From Octopus vulgaris (Eukaryota): a stretch of 64,000 nt of DNA. The stretch is taken from positions 117,242,001-117,306,000 of the forward strand of contig OX597815.1 in NCBI GenBank assembly GCA_951406725.2. Direction: 5' to 3'. Shown here piece after piece: positions 40,408-53,785 of the stretch. Position 1 is the stretch's first letter; every line of letters starts with the position of its first letter. A model generated the notes under the pieces. It worked only from the letters and a program-made list of their open reading frames with translations. It was not told the DNA's origin and did no database searches. The translations under genes were made by a program, and so were the position numbers.

Positions 40408-40980
40408 TGAAAGAAAATTACCGGAGAACTTTTTTTCTGTTTCGAAACCATTTGTAGGGAAGAAAGAGAAAAAAACCGCAACAATGCAGCACCAAGTTCC
40501 TCGATTGGTCGCACCCCACAAGGTTCAACGAAACCTACTGAAGCAAGTCAGCACCCTGGCAGGATTACCACAGGCGATGGCGAGGCTAAGGTGTTGGGAA
40601 AGTCAATCGCCGTCACGGGCATCACCTGACACCCCGTTGAGACTAGCTGCCAACGGTGACAAGAACTTCGCGGTTAGTAGCCTAGTCCCTCCGAACGTCT
40701 GAAACGCCACAGGTTGGAAGAGATAGTACACTGTCAGGTCCCAATACTTCAGGGTTTTCTTTCGTTCGGCCACGGAAGCAGTGACCCTCCCATTTACTTC
40801 AGCATACAGGATGCATGAGGGAGCAAACGAATCGCAGACTGTGACATCCCAAATGAAACATCTGTCTCTAACCCAGAGACAGAGGGTAAGACTATCTGGT
40901 CTCTTTCCATTACTTCTGGATAATCCCGCCGGCTCTAGAATTGTGGGGTGGGGATATTAATCTGAGCCAGGACCCGCTTA
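40408..40980 (-). mobile_element. Second CRE-clade relic (3' end)
   Basis: Homologous to 32780-33350 (FQPVAFQTFG…LSLAIACGNPARV) with the same 3' end gaaagaaaattaccggagaa. Confidence 0.75.
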
Positions 40981-41557
40981 ATGATAATAAATATATTCTG
41001 ATTTTTTAGACTTGGTATGGCTTGTTGCTGTTGTTACTTAGCCCCTATCGGCTTTAAATGGGCAGATCGATGATGAAAGGTATTCTAACTCTGACTACCT
41101 CATTTTTCGCGTTCCACCCTCACCCAAAAAGTGTATGTAGAACTATCTTATCGAATGTGTTTCCCACCCCCGCTTCTTTTAAAAGAAATGGTGCGATATA
41201 GGGAAATTTGGCTGCTGACCTAATGGGTTCCCTGTTAACGTGATTTCAGTATTAACATGTTTATAAATAATGATTTTACCAAGACAACACCTCCATGGGA
41301 CGGACACCAGAGAGAAAAAAAGGCAAATTTGATCCTCGAGTATTTGAACTTATCAGCAGTCAGTCCCAACTTAATCGATCGTTGTTTGTGAAAAGGCTGA
41401 AAGACCTGTTCAATGAGGCATAACGGATGAGTTTGTTATATCTCCATGGTAAAGAAAACGTTAGTTACACCAATTAGTTCAACGAGGTAACAAGGCGGTG
41501 GTTCTCAGGTGAGAGAATAGAAAATTATAACTTTTCTTGTTGTCTTAAACTGCCAAA

Positions 41558-41941
41558 CTGGCGAAAATTGTACCAGTTGATCAGGAGGGAATCATTATAA
41601 CTAATTCATTAGTCGAAAAAACAGAAAATGATGGAGCAGAACAGAATACAGGACTGTCATCGTCTGTTTGCCGCGACGAAAACAGCGGAGAAAATTCACT
41701 TAGTTGTGAACAAGTATCTTCCACTACTGCTATACCACCAGTAGAGGAAGAAAGGGGGGAATATAAAGTCAGAGCAAGAGGAAGTTGTGATAATGACTAT
41801 AAGCGGACCTTAGCGAACGGAGGTCTTCTGGCAGCGCGTAGAATGGAAATGGAAACACTGGTTTCAGGAGATAAAAAGGACTCGCTACCTCGTGATGAAA
41901 GTATAATTAGTGCAGAAGCTCTTAATTTAACTTTACATCAA
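41558..41941 (+). CDS. Coding exon 1 (N-terminal region) of an ankyrin-repeat protein, probably a TRPA1-homolog cation channel
   Basis: Stop-free frame from 41549 to the donor CAA|GTAAGT at 41941/41942. Reads (L/M)AKIVPVDQEGIIITNSLVEKTENDGAEQNTGLSSSVCRDENSGENSLSCEQ…MEMETLVSGDKKDSLPRDESIISAEALNLTLHQ. The phase-0 end joins the phase-0 exon at 58612 to give LTLHQ|CARDG, an ankyrin helix-1 motif. The start is uncertain: CTG at 41558 or first ATG at 41843. Confidence 0.75.
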
Positions 41942-42005
41942 GTAAGTTACTTCCAAAATACTTTGTTAATATGAAGAACAGTAAGAGTTATTTGAAATAT
42001 AAATT

Positions 42006-42038
<33 letters not shown>

Positions 42039-43949
42039 TGATAGAAAGGGAAAACACGGGTGAGACGAAAACAACTTGGAGAGGGGTTGGTCGAGATAGA
42101 TGCTGAAGAAAGAGCGAACGAAAAAGAGAGAGAGAGAAATATGAAATTGTAACGTGTGTGATTACATGTGGTTATTTCTTGATACGGACTAATAACGAGC
42201 TTTTTTTTTGTACACTAGTATTTTGTTGTTGACAGTTTCATATAAAATTTCCTTCAGACTTTCGAACGAAACTAGAAAATAAATTAACTCCATTACCCCT
42301 AATTTCCAGCCGTTCATCAGAGCTACTATATTACCGTTTTACTTTTCTCTAGATCCACTCCAATTTGATGTAGTATGTAAAAATAACATGTAACCTATTT
42401 TAGTGGTGTACTTAAGAGCGGGTTGAGATTTGGCAGTATGAAAGTAACAACCGCTTAAATTTAAAGATTCCCTTGGTTTCATTGTGAAATTCCTTTTAAT
42501 CATAGAGTTAAATATAGAAGTATGTATACTCCATATGAATATACAAACGAGTAAAAGAATACTGACGTTTCAGGCTAACCTAAATATTTTATTAGGATTT
42601 TCTTTCTACCCTCGACATAATAACTTAAATATTTACGAATTTCACAAATTGTTTGTTAGTCTTATATTCCGAACTAGTCATATTATCTAAATTATATACC
42701 TATTTAATTTTTACTGAAGGTGTTTCGAAATTCTATATCCTTTTTTTTCTCCATCGGAATCTGTTTACCTTCGTTATTTTAGCAATAGCTGCGTGAAGAT
42801 TCAGCCCAATTGCGATTTTTAGAAAAAAATCTGTAATTGATGTTGGTAGAAATCTAAAATATTTTTATTGTTATACTTAGGGATGGTCCAACATGCAATT
42901 TCACATCAAGAATCTAGCAAAACAAAAACATAAACGTAATAAAATATTTTTCTTATCATAAATATCTTCACATCCATGTGCCATCTGTAACAAGGAGAAT
43001 TAAAACGGTTCTATAGCATTTTCGTCTCGTATTTTGTACAATCACCTTATTGGTTTCCACATTAAAGAAATTATTATTGAAATGAACGATTTTTTTTTAA
43101 ATAATAAGGGTTGAAGTATGTAATATGTATGTAGCAGTACGTTAGCACGTCACTGTATTTCGTCTGTCTTTACGTTCTGAGTTCAAATTCCGCCGAGGTC
43201 GACTTTGCCTTTCATCCTTTCGGGGTCGATAAATTAAGTACCAGTTGCGTACTGGATCGATCTAATCGTCCGGTTCCATCCCCAAACTTTCGGGCCTTGT
43301 GCCTAGAGTATAAAAGAATATGTATGTAGTAGTATGTAATATGTAATTTGAAATATATAATGAGTCAAATTCAAGATGTATCGACGCTTATGGCGTAAAA
43401 TTGACGTTTCGATAGTGTAGCGAAGGAACACCCGCTTTTTTAGAAATGTAACTACAAAAATACACAAAATCAAATCTCAAGACAAACACGTGTGAGAGAG
43501 AGAGAGAGAAAGGGTGGGGGTGGAACTGTCGTGCATGGAAAGCTATAGATATTTTATTTGACAGTCAACTAAAGTTGTTACTGAACAAGCACCTTGCACT
43601 GAGAAAAAGCCCGACACAGTTGAAAAGCAACCTGCAACGCCTAAGCTGTCGTTAAGAAGCTTTCTGTTTACAGAAAATAAGCAAATAACACAAAGGACTT
43701 CTGAGTGCAACTTATAAATAGATAAATAAATAAATAAATAAATCGTGAAGTAGCGATAACTTAAACATTTTACCGAAAAGAAAATATTACATCAAATTAA
43801 AAATGTTTTTATTTTATGAATTAAAAAAAAATGGAACAAAAAAAAAAAAATGAAAATAATTGTGTGCGTGTATATGTATGTGTAGGTATATATATGAGTT
43901 TTTAAAATTATTTTTTTTATACGTACACGCACATACACACACACACTAT

Positions 43950-44790
43950 CCTTTCTAATTATGACAGAAAGCCAGAGATTTTGAGGAGAGTGGGAAGGTA
44001 CTTATTTTATCGACCTCGAAAGGATCAAAGGCAACGTCGACCTTGGCTGCATTTGAACTAAGAACATAAAAACCCGATGAAATGCCGCTAAACATGTTGT
44101 CTGGTACGCTAACGATTTTGTTAAAAATCTAATAGTTACCAGTGTGTTTCTGTCTATCAACTTCTGAGACAGGGTACTGTCATTATATTTGAATTTCATG
44201 GAACTATCCCTTTCTACTATAGGCACAGGTTCTGTGATTTTGGGGGAAGGGGATAGTCGATTTCATTGACTCCAGTGCGCAACTGGTACTTATTTTATCA
44301 ACTCCAAAAGGATGAAAGGCAAAGTCGACCTCGGCGGAATTTCAACTCTGAACGTAAAGACAGACGAAATACCTATTTCTATTTCTTTACTACCCACAAG
44401 GGGCTAAACACAGAGGGGACGAACAAGGACAGACTAACGGATGATTAAGTCGATTATATCGACTCCAGTGCGTAACTGGTACTTATTTAATCGACCCCGA
44501 AAGGATGAAAGGCAAAGTCAACCTCGGCGGAATTTGAACTCAGAACGTAGCGGCTGCTCGACGTGCTAACGATTTTGCCTTATTTCATGGAAATATTGTT
44601 TTCAAATTTTGGCACAAGGCCAGCAATTTCGAGGGAAGGGATCAGTCGATTACGTCAACTCCAGTCCTTGACTCGTAATTATTTTATTGACCCTGAAAAA
44701 ATGTAAGGCAAAGTTGACCTCGTCGGAATTTGAACTCAGAAAGTGCTTAGCGGCATTTCGTCCGGCGTGCTAATGATTCTGCTGACATCG
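43950..44790 (-). mobile_element. Cluster of Meta-like SINEs
   Basis: Reverse complement of the 28372 family. Confidence 0.8.
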
Positions 44791-44879
44791 CCTTATTTCG
44801 AGCAAATATTGATACCCTGTTCAATGGGAATCATAAGTTGTTTACTTTGCTAAATACTAGCTATCTATTAATTGTGTAC

Positions 44880-45312
44880 AGGTGTAGGAGTGGTTGCGTG
44901 GAGGTGTAGGAGTGGCTGTTTGGTAAGTAGGCTGCTTACGAACCACATGGTTCCGGGTTCAGTTCCACTGCGTTGCACCTAGGGCAAGTGTCTTCTACAA
45001 TAGCCTCGGGCCGACCAAAGCCTTGTGAGTGGATTTGGTAGACAGAAACTGAAAGAAGCCTGTCGTATATATGTATATATATATGTGTGTGTATGTGTGT
45101 GTATATATGTTTGTGTGTCTGTGTTTGTCCCCCCAACATTGCTTTACAACCGATGCTGGTGTGTTTACGTCCATGTAACTTAGCGGTTCGGCAAAAGAGA
45201 CCGATAGAATATGTACTAGGCTTACAAAGAATAAGTCCTGGGGTCGATTTGCTTGACTAAAGGCAGTGCTCCAGCATGGCCACAGTCAAATGGCTGAAAC
45301 AAGTAAAAGAGT
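44880..45312 (+). mobile_element. tRNA-derived CORE-type octopus SINE, full length
   Basis: A/B-box head (ggagtggctgtttggtaag…gggttcagttcc), tagggcaagtg CORE-like motif and tail gaaacaagtaaaagag. Other copies: 25030-25443(-), 47138-47523(-), 51322-51733(+), 52265-52620(-), 54062-54465(+), 55091-55560(-), plus fragments. Confidence 0.85.
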
Positions 45313-45558
45313 TATATAATATATCATTCCTTAAATGATAAAGAAGAACGATATTACATTCTCAATACAGTTTACTACAAGTGATTAACTATGAACATAT
45401 ACTCCTATACTAGCACATAGTGATGGTGGTTGAAGGGAAGGCAGTGAAGTCAAAGGTGTTGATGGTGGTGGTATCAGAAGTCTGAATGGATGGTGTATGT
45501 ATGGCAGTTGTGGTGACGATGGTGGTGGTACTGGTGATGGTGATGGTTGAAAACAATC

Positions 45559-45594
<36 letters not shown>

Positions 45595-45853
45595 GAGAGA
45601 GAGAAAGTGGTTAGACAGGAAAAAAAAATAGTACTGATCACTGAATGGGAAGACGAAAATTGTTGTTTATCATGCAGATTTGCAATAAGTTCCAAGCAGA
45701 CAAATTATATCATTGTTTTGATGAAAATTGTTCATTGCTTGAAAATTATTGTACTCTATGCATGAAGTGTCATTGTTGGGCCCAAGGCCCAATGAAAGCC
45801 CTCCACAAGAGCCAGCTTAAAAGCCACCCACTTGATAGGGCAGCTTTAAGCTA

Positions 45854-45896
<43 letters not shown>

Positions 45897-46232
45897 TGTG
45901 TGTGTATAAAGAGGTTGAATAGACCCATAGGTTCCATCTATAATTTGCTGTTGTCTGTTTGAAGGTAATTTTTAGCAGGGCATCCTTCCAGATTCTTTGC
46001 CTGCTCTTGGAGTATGAGGTCCCAATATTCACTGTGGAGGGCTTTGACAGGAGAGTCAGAAATGCCCAGGACTTCCTTACTGCGATGGGCTTCTTTCAGT
46101 TTCTGTCTACAAAATTTTACTCACAAGGCTTTTGTCGACCCGAGGCTATAGTAAAAGATAATTGCCCAAGGTGCCACACAGTGGGACTGAAACTGGAACT
46201 GTGTAGTTGGGAACTAAGCTTCTTACCATACA

Positions 46233-46284
<52 letters not shown>

Positions 46285-46862
46285 ATATATTGAGACTTGT
46301 AGGATACACACCTATGACATATTTTGCATAAAATGTGGCTATTATGTAAGTTATGGCTGACTTGAAATATAGCTGTCAAGATAATACTTCAAATAATTCT
46401 TCTGTTCTGTTTTGTTTTCTTTTTTTATTCTGTAATCTGTATTTTATACTTTATGTAAATATGTCTCAAACCTACTTCTGCTTATCTGCCTTGCTCTCTC
46501 TCTGCAGTATAGCATCATCATCATTTAACATCCGCTTTCCATGCTAGCATGGGTTGAACGATTTGACTGAGGACTGGCGAACCAGATGACTGCACCAGGC
46601 TCCAATCTTAATCTGGCAGAGTTTCTACAGTTGGATGCCCTTCCTAAACCCAACCACTCCGAGAGTGTAGTGGGTGCTTTTATGTGCCACTGGCAATGGC
46701 CACGGTCAGATGGTGTTCTTTACATGCCACCTGTACAGGAGCCAGTCCAGCAGCACTGGCAATGATCACACTTGAATGTTTTCTTCACATGCTACCGGCA
46801 CAAGTGCCAGTAAGGTGATGCTGGTAGCGATCACGCTCGAATGGTGATTCTTATGTGGCACG

Positions 46863-46905
<43 letters not shown>

Positions 46906-46922
46906 CCAGTTAGCTGCTCTGG

Positions 46923-46979
<57 letters not shown>

Positions 46980-47521
46980 TGATTGTATATTGATAGATAC
47001 AGAAGGCACCAACTCAACTCAGTATCAGAGCGAGCTAGAAGCCACAGCTAGTATCCAAATAAGTTTGAATAGTTTTGTCACCAGTCCCTTCCCAGTCTTA
47101 GGAAACATAAGAATTAGATATATATAAATGTATATATTCTCTTTTACTCTTTTATTTGTTTCAATCATTTGATTGCTGCCATGTTGGAGCACCACTTTTT
47201 GTTGAACAAATAGGCCCCAGGACTTATTCTTTGTAAGCCTAGTACTTATTCTATCAGCCTCTTTTGCCAAACGGCTAAGTTATAGGGATGTAAACATACC
47301 AGAATTGGTCATCAAGCGATGGTGGTTGGGGGTTGGGGGGACAAACATATATATATATACATATGACAGGCTTCTTTCAGTTTCTGTCTATCAAATCAAC
47401 TCACAAGGTTTTGGATGGCTTGAGGCTATAGTAGAGTTTTGCCCAAGGTGCCATGCAGTGGGACTAAACCCAGAACCACGTGGTTGGTAAGCAAGCTACT
47501 TAACACACAGCCACTCCTGCA

Positions 47522-47561
<40 letters not shown>

Positions 47562-47640
47562 TAAGGGTAGAAATTGATATTTATCAATTAAGACCAGTGG
47601 TCTAGCATATTAAAAAAGAATCCGAAGATTAAAATATTTA

Positions 47641-47849
47641 TATATACCAATTAAGGACTGAACACGAAAAGTGGACAGTCAACATGCTAGATATAGACGT
47701 CAAATCGTCATTCACCACAAAAGATTATGTTCTCAGATCATGTTGAGTTTGATCTGAGAACATAATCTTTTGTGGTGAATGACGATTTGACGTCTATATC
47801 TAGCATGTTGACTGTCCACTTTTCGTGTTCAATCCTTAATTGGTATATA
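47641..47849. repeat. Near-perfect 100-bp inverted repeat (9-nt loop), Penelope-type foldback
   Basis: 47641-47740 is the reverse complement of 47750-47849 with one mismatch. (TA)n on both sides. Confidence 0.92.
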
Positions 47850-47927
47850 TATATATATATATATATAGGAAAATTGAACAAGGAGACAAACTCTCAGGAT
47901 GTTGTTAAACCATTTATATCTTGAATT

Positions 47928-48011
47928 CTTCTACATATGTTTCAACAGATGCACACCAAAATCCCTGACAGGATAAATTATTGTCAGCAATGCATCAATC
48001 TTTTCAGGAAG
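47928..48011 (-). ncRNA. Hammerhead ribozyme motif with long branched stem II (one core mismatch)
   Basis: Minus strand reads cuuc-CUGAAAA-gauugaugca…cugaca…ugucag…ugcaucuguu-GAAA-CAUAUG-UA-gaag. Stem III is palindromic and stem I is cuuc/gaag. Confidence 0.58.
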
Positions 48012-48015
48012 GATA

Positions 48016-48521
48016 TCTATATATATAAAACTGTAGTTGTGTGAGTGTCTGTCTCCTACGATTTAGATTCCTAACTCCTCCCACATTTTGCGGTGCAGTT
48101 TAACCAAATTCGGGTATCTTATAGTCGTGATTAATATCGAGCCCGTCTGGCTATTAGCATGAGTCTACGATTTTAAAAATAATTTAACATCATTTTTTAT
48201 TCCATTTTAATGCATAATTTTTCGTGTGTTGATGGCAGCGGAGTTGGCGTCCACGCTCAAACACCTGCACCTGTGTTTGCTTCTCCCCCTTCTTCCCTCC
48301 CTCGTGAAGCTGTGGGGAAGGGAGTTTAAGGAAATCAACGTCGTAATGCGTTGTCAAGGAGACCAGCGTTCTTTTAGAACAACGACTTCATGGCTTGAAG
48401 ACACCAAAACAGAAATGGCTAAGAAAGCCCGAATTGGCATCTATAAAGGAAGTAACTCTCTAAAAATGCTTATATAGTTATTTCCCTTACAAACCCGAGC
48501 AACGCCGGGCAATACTGCTAG
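48016..48521 (+). mobile_element. Non-autonomous Helitron (copy 2)
   Basis: Same family: A|TC…cccgagcaacgccggg…CTAG|T. Confidence 0.88.
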
Positions 48522-48683
48522 TAAATAATAAACTCATCAAACAGACATGTTAACAGAGATAGAAAGTCCTATTATATGTAACGTATTTATATTCATATGC
48601 ACACTTAAGCAACATTTAGCTACCTTGTAATTATTCCTCTGGATTTTTCCTTTAAATTGTAAATTCTCTCTCTCTCTCTCTCA

Positions 48684-48872
48684 TCGTTAGCCACTACACA
48701 CATTTTTTTTCTCTCCTTGTTTCTCTCCTTGTTTTTTCTGTGTCCCTTTCTGTAGAAGAGCATAGGCTCGAAACATAAAATACTTTTTCTATTCCTGAGC
48801 GTTATATTAATACATCTGTTTGTTTTGTACATCACCTGTCTTCATCTTTTGTTTTTTTCGTAAACTCTCCCT
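48684..48872 (+). mobile_element. Short (TA)n-flanked non-autonomous PLE-like repeat (copy 2)
   Basis: Nearly identical to 26605-26782. Confidence 0.65.
48746..48782 (+). ncRNA. Hammerhead-like motif with variant core (copy 2)
   Basis: cuuu-CUGUAGA-A-GAGC auag GCUC-GAAA-CA-UA-aaa. Same ~190-nt element as 26605-26782. Confidence 0.5.
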
Positions 48873-49581
48873 ATATATATATATAATATATATATGTGTG
48901 TGTGTGTGTGTGTGTTTATATATATGTTGGCACAGGCATAGATAGGTGCAAGTGTGGCTGTGTAGGTAAGACTCTCGTTTTCCAACCTTAGGTTAACTCC
49001 CAGTGCGGGGCACCTTGGACAGGTGTTTCTATCATAGCCCTCTCCATCATTTATGAGAAAACAAAATAGGATCTGTGTCTACATAATTTTTCTTCCTTGC
49101 TATGGTGTTAATACTAAATCATGGCTATCAGTTGGAATCTAGGGAGACTTGGTAGCATGTAGTATGCTTTTCCTAATTGTTTCAGGTCTCTAGCTCCCTA
49201 TTCAGTTTGGAACAGACATAGACACCTTTTTGATCTCAAACCTTTGACCTAGTGGAACACCCATGATATGATAGCTGAAAGAATGGAGGAAAGCACCAGC
49301 ACTGGGCTTGTACTTGTTTACAGCTGAGTAGCCTGTTGTAACATGAATTGAAGTGCCTCACACAAGGACACAAAATATTACCCAACCCAGGAATTGAACT
49401 CACAATCTTGAGGTTGTGAGCACCTACTACACTCTTCGAGTGCTTGGTGTTAGGGAGGGCATCCAGCTGTAAAAACAATGCCAAATCAAATTGGAATTTG
49501 GTGCAGCTCTTTGGCTTACCAGTTCTGTCAAACCGTCCAACCCATGTCAGCATGGAAAATGGACATTAAATGATGATGATG

Positions 49582-49582
<1 letters not shown>

Positions 49583-49635
<53 letters not shown>

Positions 49636-49691
49636 ATGTACATACATACATACATACATACATACATACATACATACATACATACAAATAA

Positions 49692-49730
<39 letters not shown>

Positions 49731-49752
49731 AACACACACATATGTACAAAAA

Positions 49753-49790
<38 letters not shown>

Positions 49791-49796
49791 CAAAAA

Positions 49797-49846
<50 letters not shown>

Positions 49847-49871
49847 ATTGTGTGTGTGTGTGTCTGTGTGT
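49583..49871. repeat. Compound (CA)n/(TACA)n/(TA)n microsatellite
   Basis: Visible in sequence. Confidence 0.95.
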
Positions 49872-51849
49872 AGTGCAGAAATGTTTTGTGGTTAAGAAGT
49901 TAGAGAATGAGAGAGGAAAGGAGACAATGAGGTGAACATACTATAGATGTTAAGTATGAAACTTTGAAAGTGACAATGGTTGTGAAATGTATTATGAAGC
50001 TTAATGATGGTTCGTTTTGGTCTGGAAGATATCTAGGTGCAGTATTGCATACATAACTTGTCTTTATTATCTTATTCAGTCAGCTCTTGTATATGTCTTG
50101 CTGTTACTTAGCCCCAGGCTCGAACAAACTGAACAGAACTATAACGAAAGGTATTCCAGCCATGCCTATTCTATCTTTGTCTCAGACAATCTCTATCCAA
50201 GACTATATTAATTAATGTGTCAGATAGGCACATTAGTTAATGTACTTTAAGTCCCTTGCCATCAAAAACTATAAATAAATATATATATAGTTGTACTGAG
50301 GTGAATAGACATCAGCTGTAACTTGAAGCATCTCTAGATAAAAGTATGATTTTATTCTTTAGCTTTAATGGTGTGCAGCATGGAGAACAGAACATCCTCC
50401 TCCTCCACCACCACCACCACCACCACCACCACCGTTGTCATTACCATTATCATCGTCACCCCCTCCACCATCACCACCACCATTTTACTGTTGCTTTTAA
50501 TGTTGGTATGGACGTTGGAAGTCATCATGGATTTGAGTTAGTGCTTATAAGGAGCCATATGCCTTCATAGATGGTTGAAAAAAATTTATATCTTACCTAT
50601 ATGTTTCACTTTTGGCTGGGTTTCTTTGTCTGGAGGCCCATACTATCTTTAACTACTGCACAGAGTAGTCTGGGTGCATTTTATAGTGCATTGAAAGATT
50701 GCCATAGCCTCAGCAAGACAAAACAAGGCTAAAGGGATGCTATGTGTTCTCCGTTCATTTACCAGCCACTTTACAGGTTGCACTGGGTGCATTTTATCAT
50801 GTTACCAGCACTACAGAGATTGCCATCTCCTTGATGGGACAGGATTAAAGGGTCATCTTGTCCCCTATTCAAGGGACAGAAAGCTATTCACCATTCATAA
50901 CACCATCGTCATTGTTGTTGTGGAGGTGCATGGCTTAGTGGTTAGGGTGTTGAACTCGTGATTGTAAGATTGTGGTTTCAATTCCTTGATTGGGCGACAT
51001 GTTGTGATCTTGAGCGCAACACTTAATTTCATGTTGCCCCAGTCTAGCTGGCAAAAATGAGTAATCGTGTAATAGGCCGGGGTCCTATCCAGGTGGGAAA
51101 TAAGTTGACCATGAAACCGGAAACTGTCCCTTATGAGTTGGCATGACTTGAGAAGGTAACTTTATCTTTTGTGGAGGCACGTGGCTTAGTGGTTAGGATG
51201 TTGGACTCATGAATCATAAGATTGTGGTTTTGATTCCTGAACCAAGCAATGTGTTGTATTCTTGAGCAAAACAATTCATTTTATGTTGCCCCAATTCACT
51301 CAGCTGACAAAAATGAATAATAGGTGTGGGAGTGGCTGTGTGGTAAGTAGCTTGCTTACCAACCACATGGTTTCGGGCTCAGTCCCACTGATGGCACCTT
51401 GGGCCAGTGTCTTCTATTATAGCCTTGGGCCGACCAAAGCCTTGTGAGTGGATTTGGTAGATGGAAACAGAAAGAAGCCTGTCATATATACATATATATA
51501 TATGTGTGTGAGTATGTGTGTCTGTGTTTGCCCCCCCCCCCCCACTATCGCTTGACAATCGATGTTAGTGTGTTTACATCCCAGTTACTTAGTGGTTTCG
51601 CAAAAGAGACCTGATAGAATAAGTACTAGGTTTACAAAGAATAAGTCCTGGGGTCGATTTGTTCAACTAAAAAGACAGTGCTCCAGCATGGCCGCAGTCA
51701 AATGACTGAAACAAATAAAAGAATAAAAAGAATAATCCTGTGACAGACTGATGCCCTTTCCAGGTGGGGAATGTATATGCTATGGAAACCAGGAAACTGG
51801 TCCTTATGAGTTGGTAGGATTTGAGAAAGTAACTTTACTTCCTAACAAC

Positions 51850-52234
51850 CAAAGGTGGGCACTGTTAATCAAAAAGTTAACTTTGTTAACCATTATTCCG
51901 TTAACCAAAAAGTTAACTTTGATAACTGTTATCAGTTAATTCTTTAAAAATATAACGGAAGTTATCAATATACTATTAATGCTAATTTTTATAATAGAAA
52001 AAAGGCAAGAAATCAGTTTTTGCCCTAAAACCACCTAAAAACACGTTTTAAAAGTGCCAAAACTATAAAATCCGTTAACGGAAGTTAACTCAAGTTGACT
52101 TGATTTAATGGAAGTTAAATGTAACGGAAGTTAATTAGTTCGATAATGATTTCCAAAGTTAACTTAAAAGTTAAATTGTTAACAAAAATGTTAACTTCCT
52201 TAATTAACGATTAATGGTTTGATGCCCAGGTTTG
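51850..52234. mobile_element. hAT-like MITE with gttaac subterminal repeats
   Basis: TIRs caaaggtgggca / tgcccaggtttg. Confidence 0.6.
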
Positions 52235-53084
52235 TTGGCTACATCATTGTTGTTGCTTTATTATCATTTTACTTGTTTCAGTCATTGAACTGGAGCAAAG
52301 CTGGGACACTGCCTTGAAGGATTTAGTTGGATAAATCGACCCTAGAAAGTTTGGTACTTATTCTATCAATGTCATTTGCTGAACTGCTCAGTTCAGGGAC
52401 ATAAACGTACCAGCACCGGTTGTCAAGTGGTGGTGGTGGTGGTGGGGACAAACACATGCACATGTCCATATATACAACAGGCTTCCACATAGTTTCCGTC
52501 TACCAAGTTCACTAAAAAAGCATTGGCTGGCTCAGGGCTTTCATAGCCCAAGGTGCTACACAATGGGACTGAACCAAAAACCATATGATTACAAAGCAAG
52601 CTTCTTAATCGCACAGTTATATCTATTCCTGTTAGAAGTACCATAAAATTATCCAGTTATTTAATACTATTGAAATCTAATCATTCATTGAGTCTTAAAA
52701 ATGTCTTCTTTGTGCATATATTTATCAATTAGGTGGTTTGTGATAAAACGAGGCATTTAAGCATTGCATTAGACTTATTTCAGTGATTAAATACTGAGGA
52801 AGGAAATTACTCTGTGATTAAATGTTTGATCAAGCTATTTCAGTAATGGCGAGCTGTCAATATCACTACATCAGGTGTTTGCATTCATGATTGCTTATGG
52901 TCTGCCACATCAATTATCATACAGGTCATATCCATGGGTACAGTAGAAGTAATGAATGTGTTTAATAGATGTGAATTATACAACTGAATAAACAGTTTGC
53001 TAAACAGATGGTAAACAATATTATTTCATAGAGTGAATTAATAGAAACTGAGAAAACTTGTGATGTTCTACATCAATAAATAGT

Positions 53085-53785
53085 ACTGAATTGGCCAAAA
53101 AGTCCATTTGGTTCTTATTGACACTAAACTGCAAGCACTCTTATCAGTACTTCAGTCTGTCCCTTGGATATGCAAGCTTGTTAAGTACTTGATATTTCAA
53201 TATAGTTTGAAGTGAACTTGTGATGAGACAGGCTGTTTTTCGTGTGCTTGAGATCACTCTGAAAATGGATAACCAAAACGAACATTTTTGACACTGCATG
53301 CTTTTTTATTTCAAAAATAAGGCAAGAAAGTGGTGGAAATCCTGCATTGTGTATGGAAAGGGTGCTGTTATGAAACATGCATGCCAGAAGTTATTTTCGA
53401 GATTTTGATTGGGAAATTTTTCAGTTCAAGATGCACCACACTTCGGCTGCCAACTGAGATTAACAGTATTACCAACCCCCATTTTACAACCAGGATGATT
53501 GCAGATATTCCCCAAATGTCCAAAGTGAGTGTTGGAAATCATTTGCATCAAGTTGGTTATATCAGCCGGTTCAATATTTGGGTCCCATATCAATAAAACG
53601 AGGTTAACCTTACCCAATGGATTTCCATCTGTGATTCATTGCAGAACAGTGAAGAAAAGTTGCCCTTTTTTGAAGAGAATGGTGATATGGGATGAAAAGT
53701 GGATTGTTTATAACAATGTGAAGCACAAATGATCATGGGGGAAGTGTCACAAACCACCATGAGCAATCTCCAAAGCAGGTCATGC
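53085..53785 (+). mobile_element. Mariner transposase relic (N-terminal half)
   Basis: EHF.HCMLFYF…WVP…FLKRMVIWDEKWIVYNNVKHK. Confidence 0.8.

Noticed and set aside
42250-42328. Minus-strand CUGAUGA…GAAA-G-UC motif
   Set aside because: No stem I pairing.
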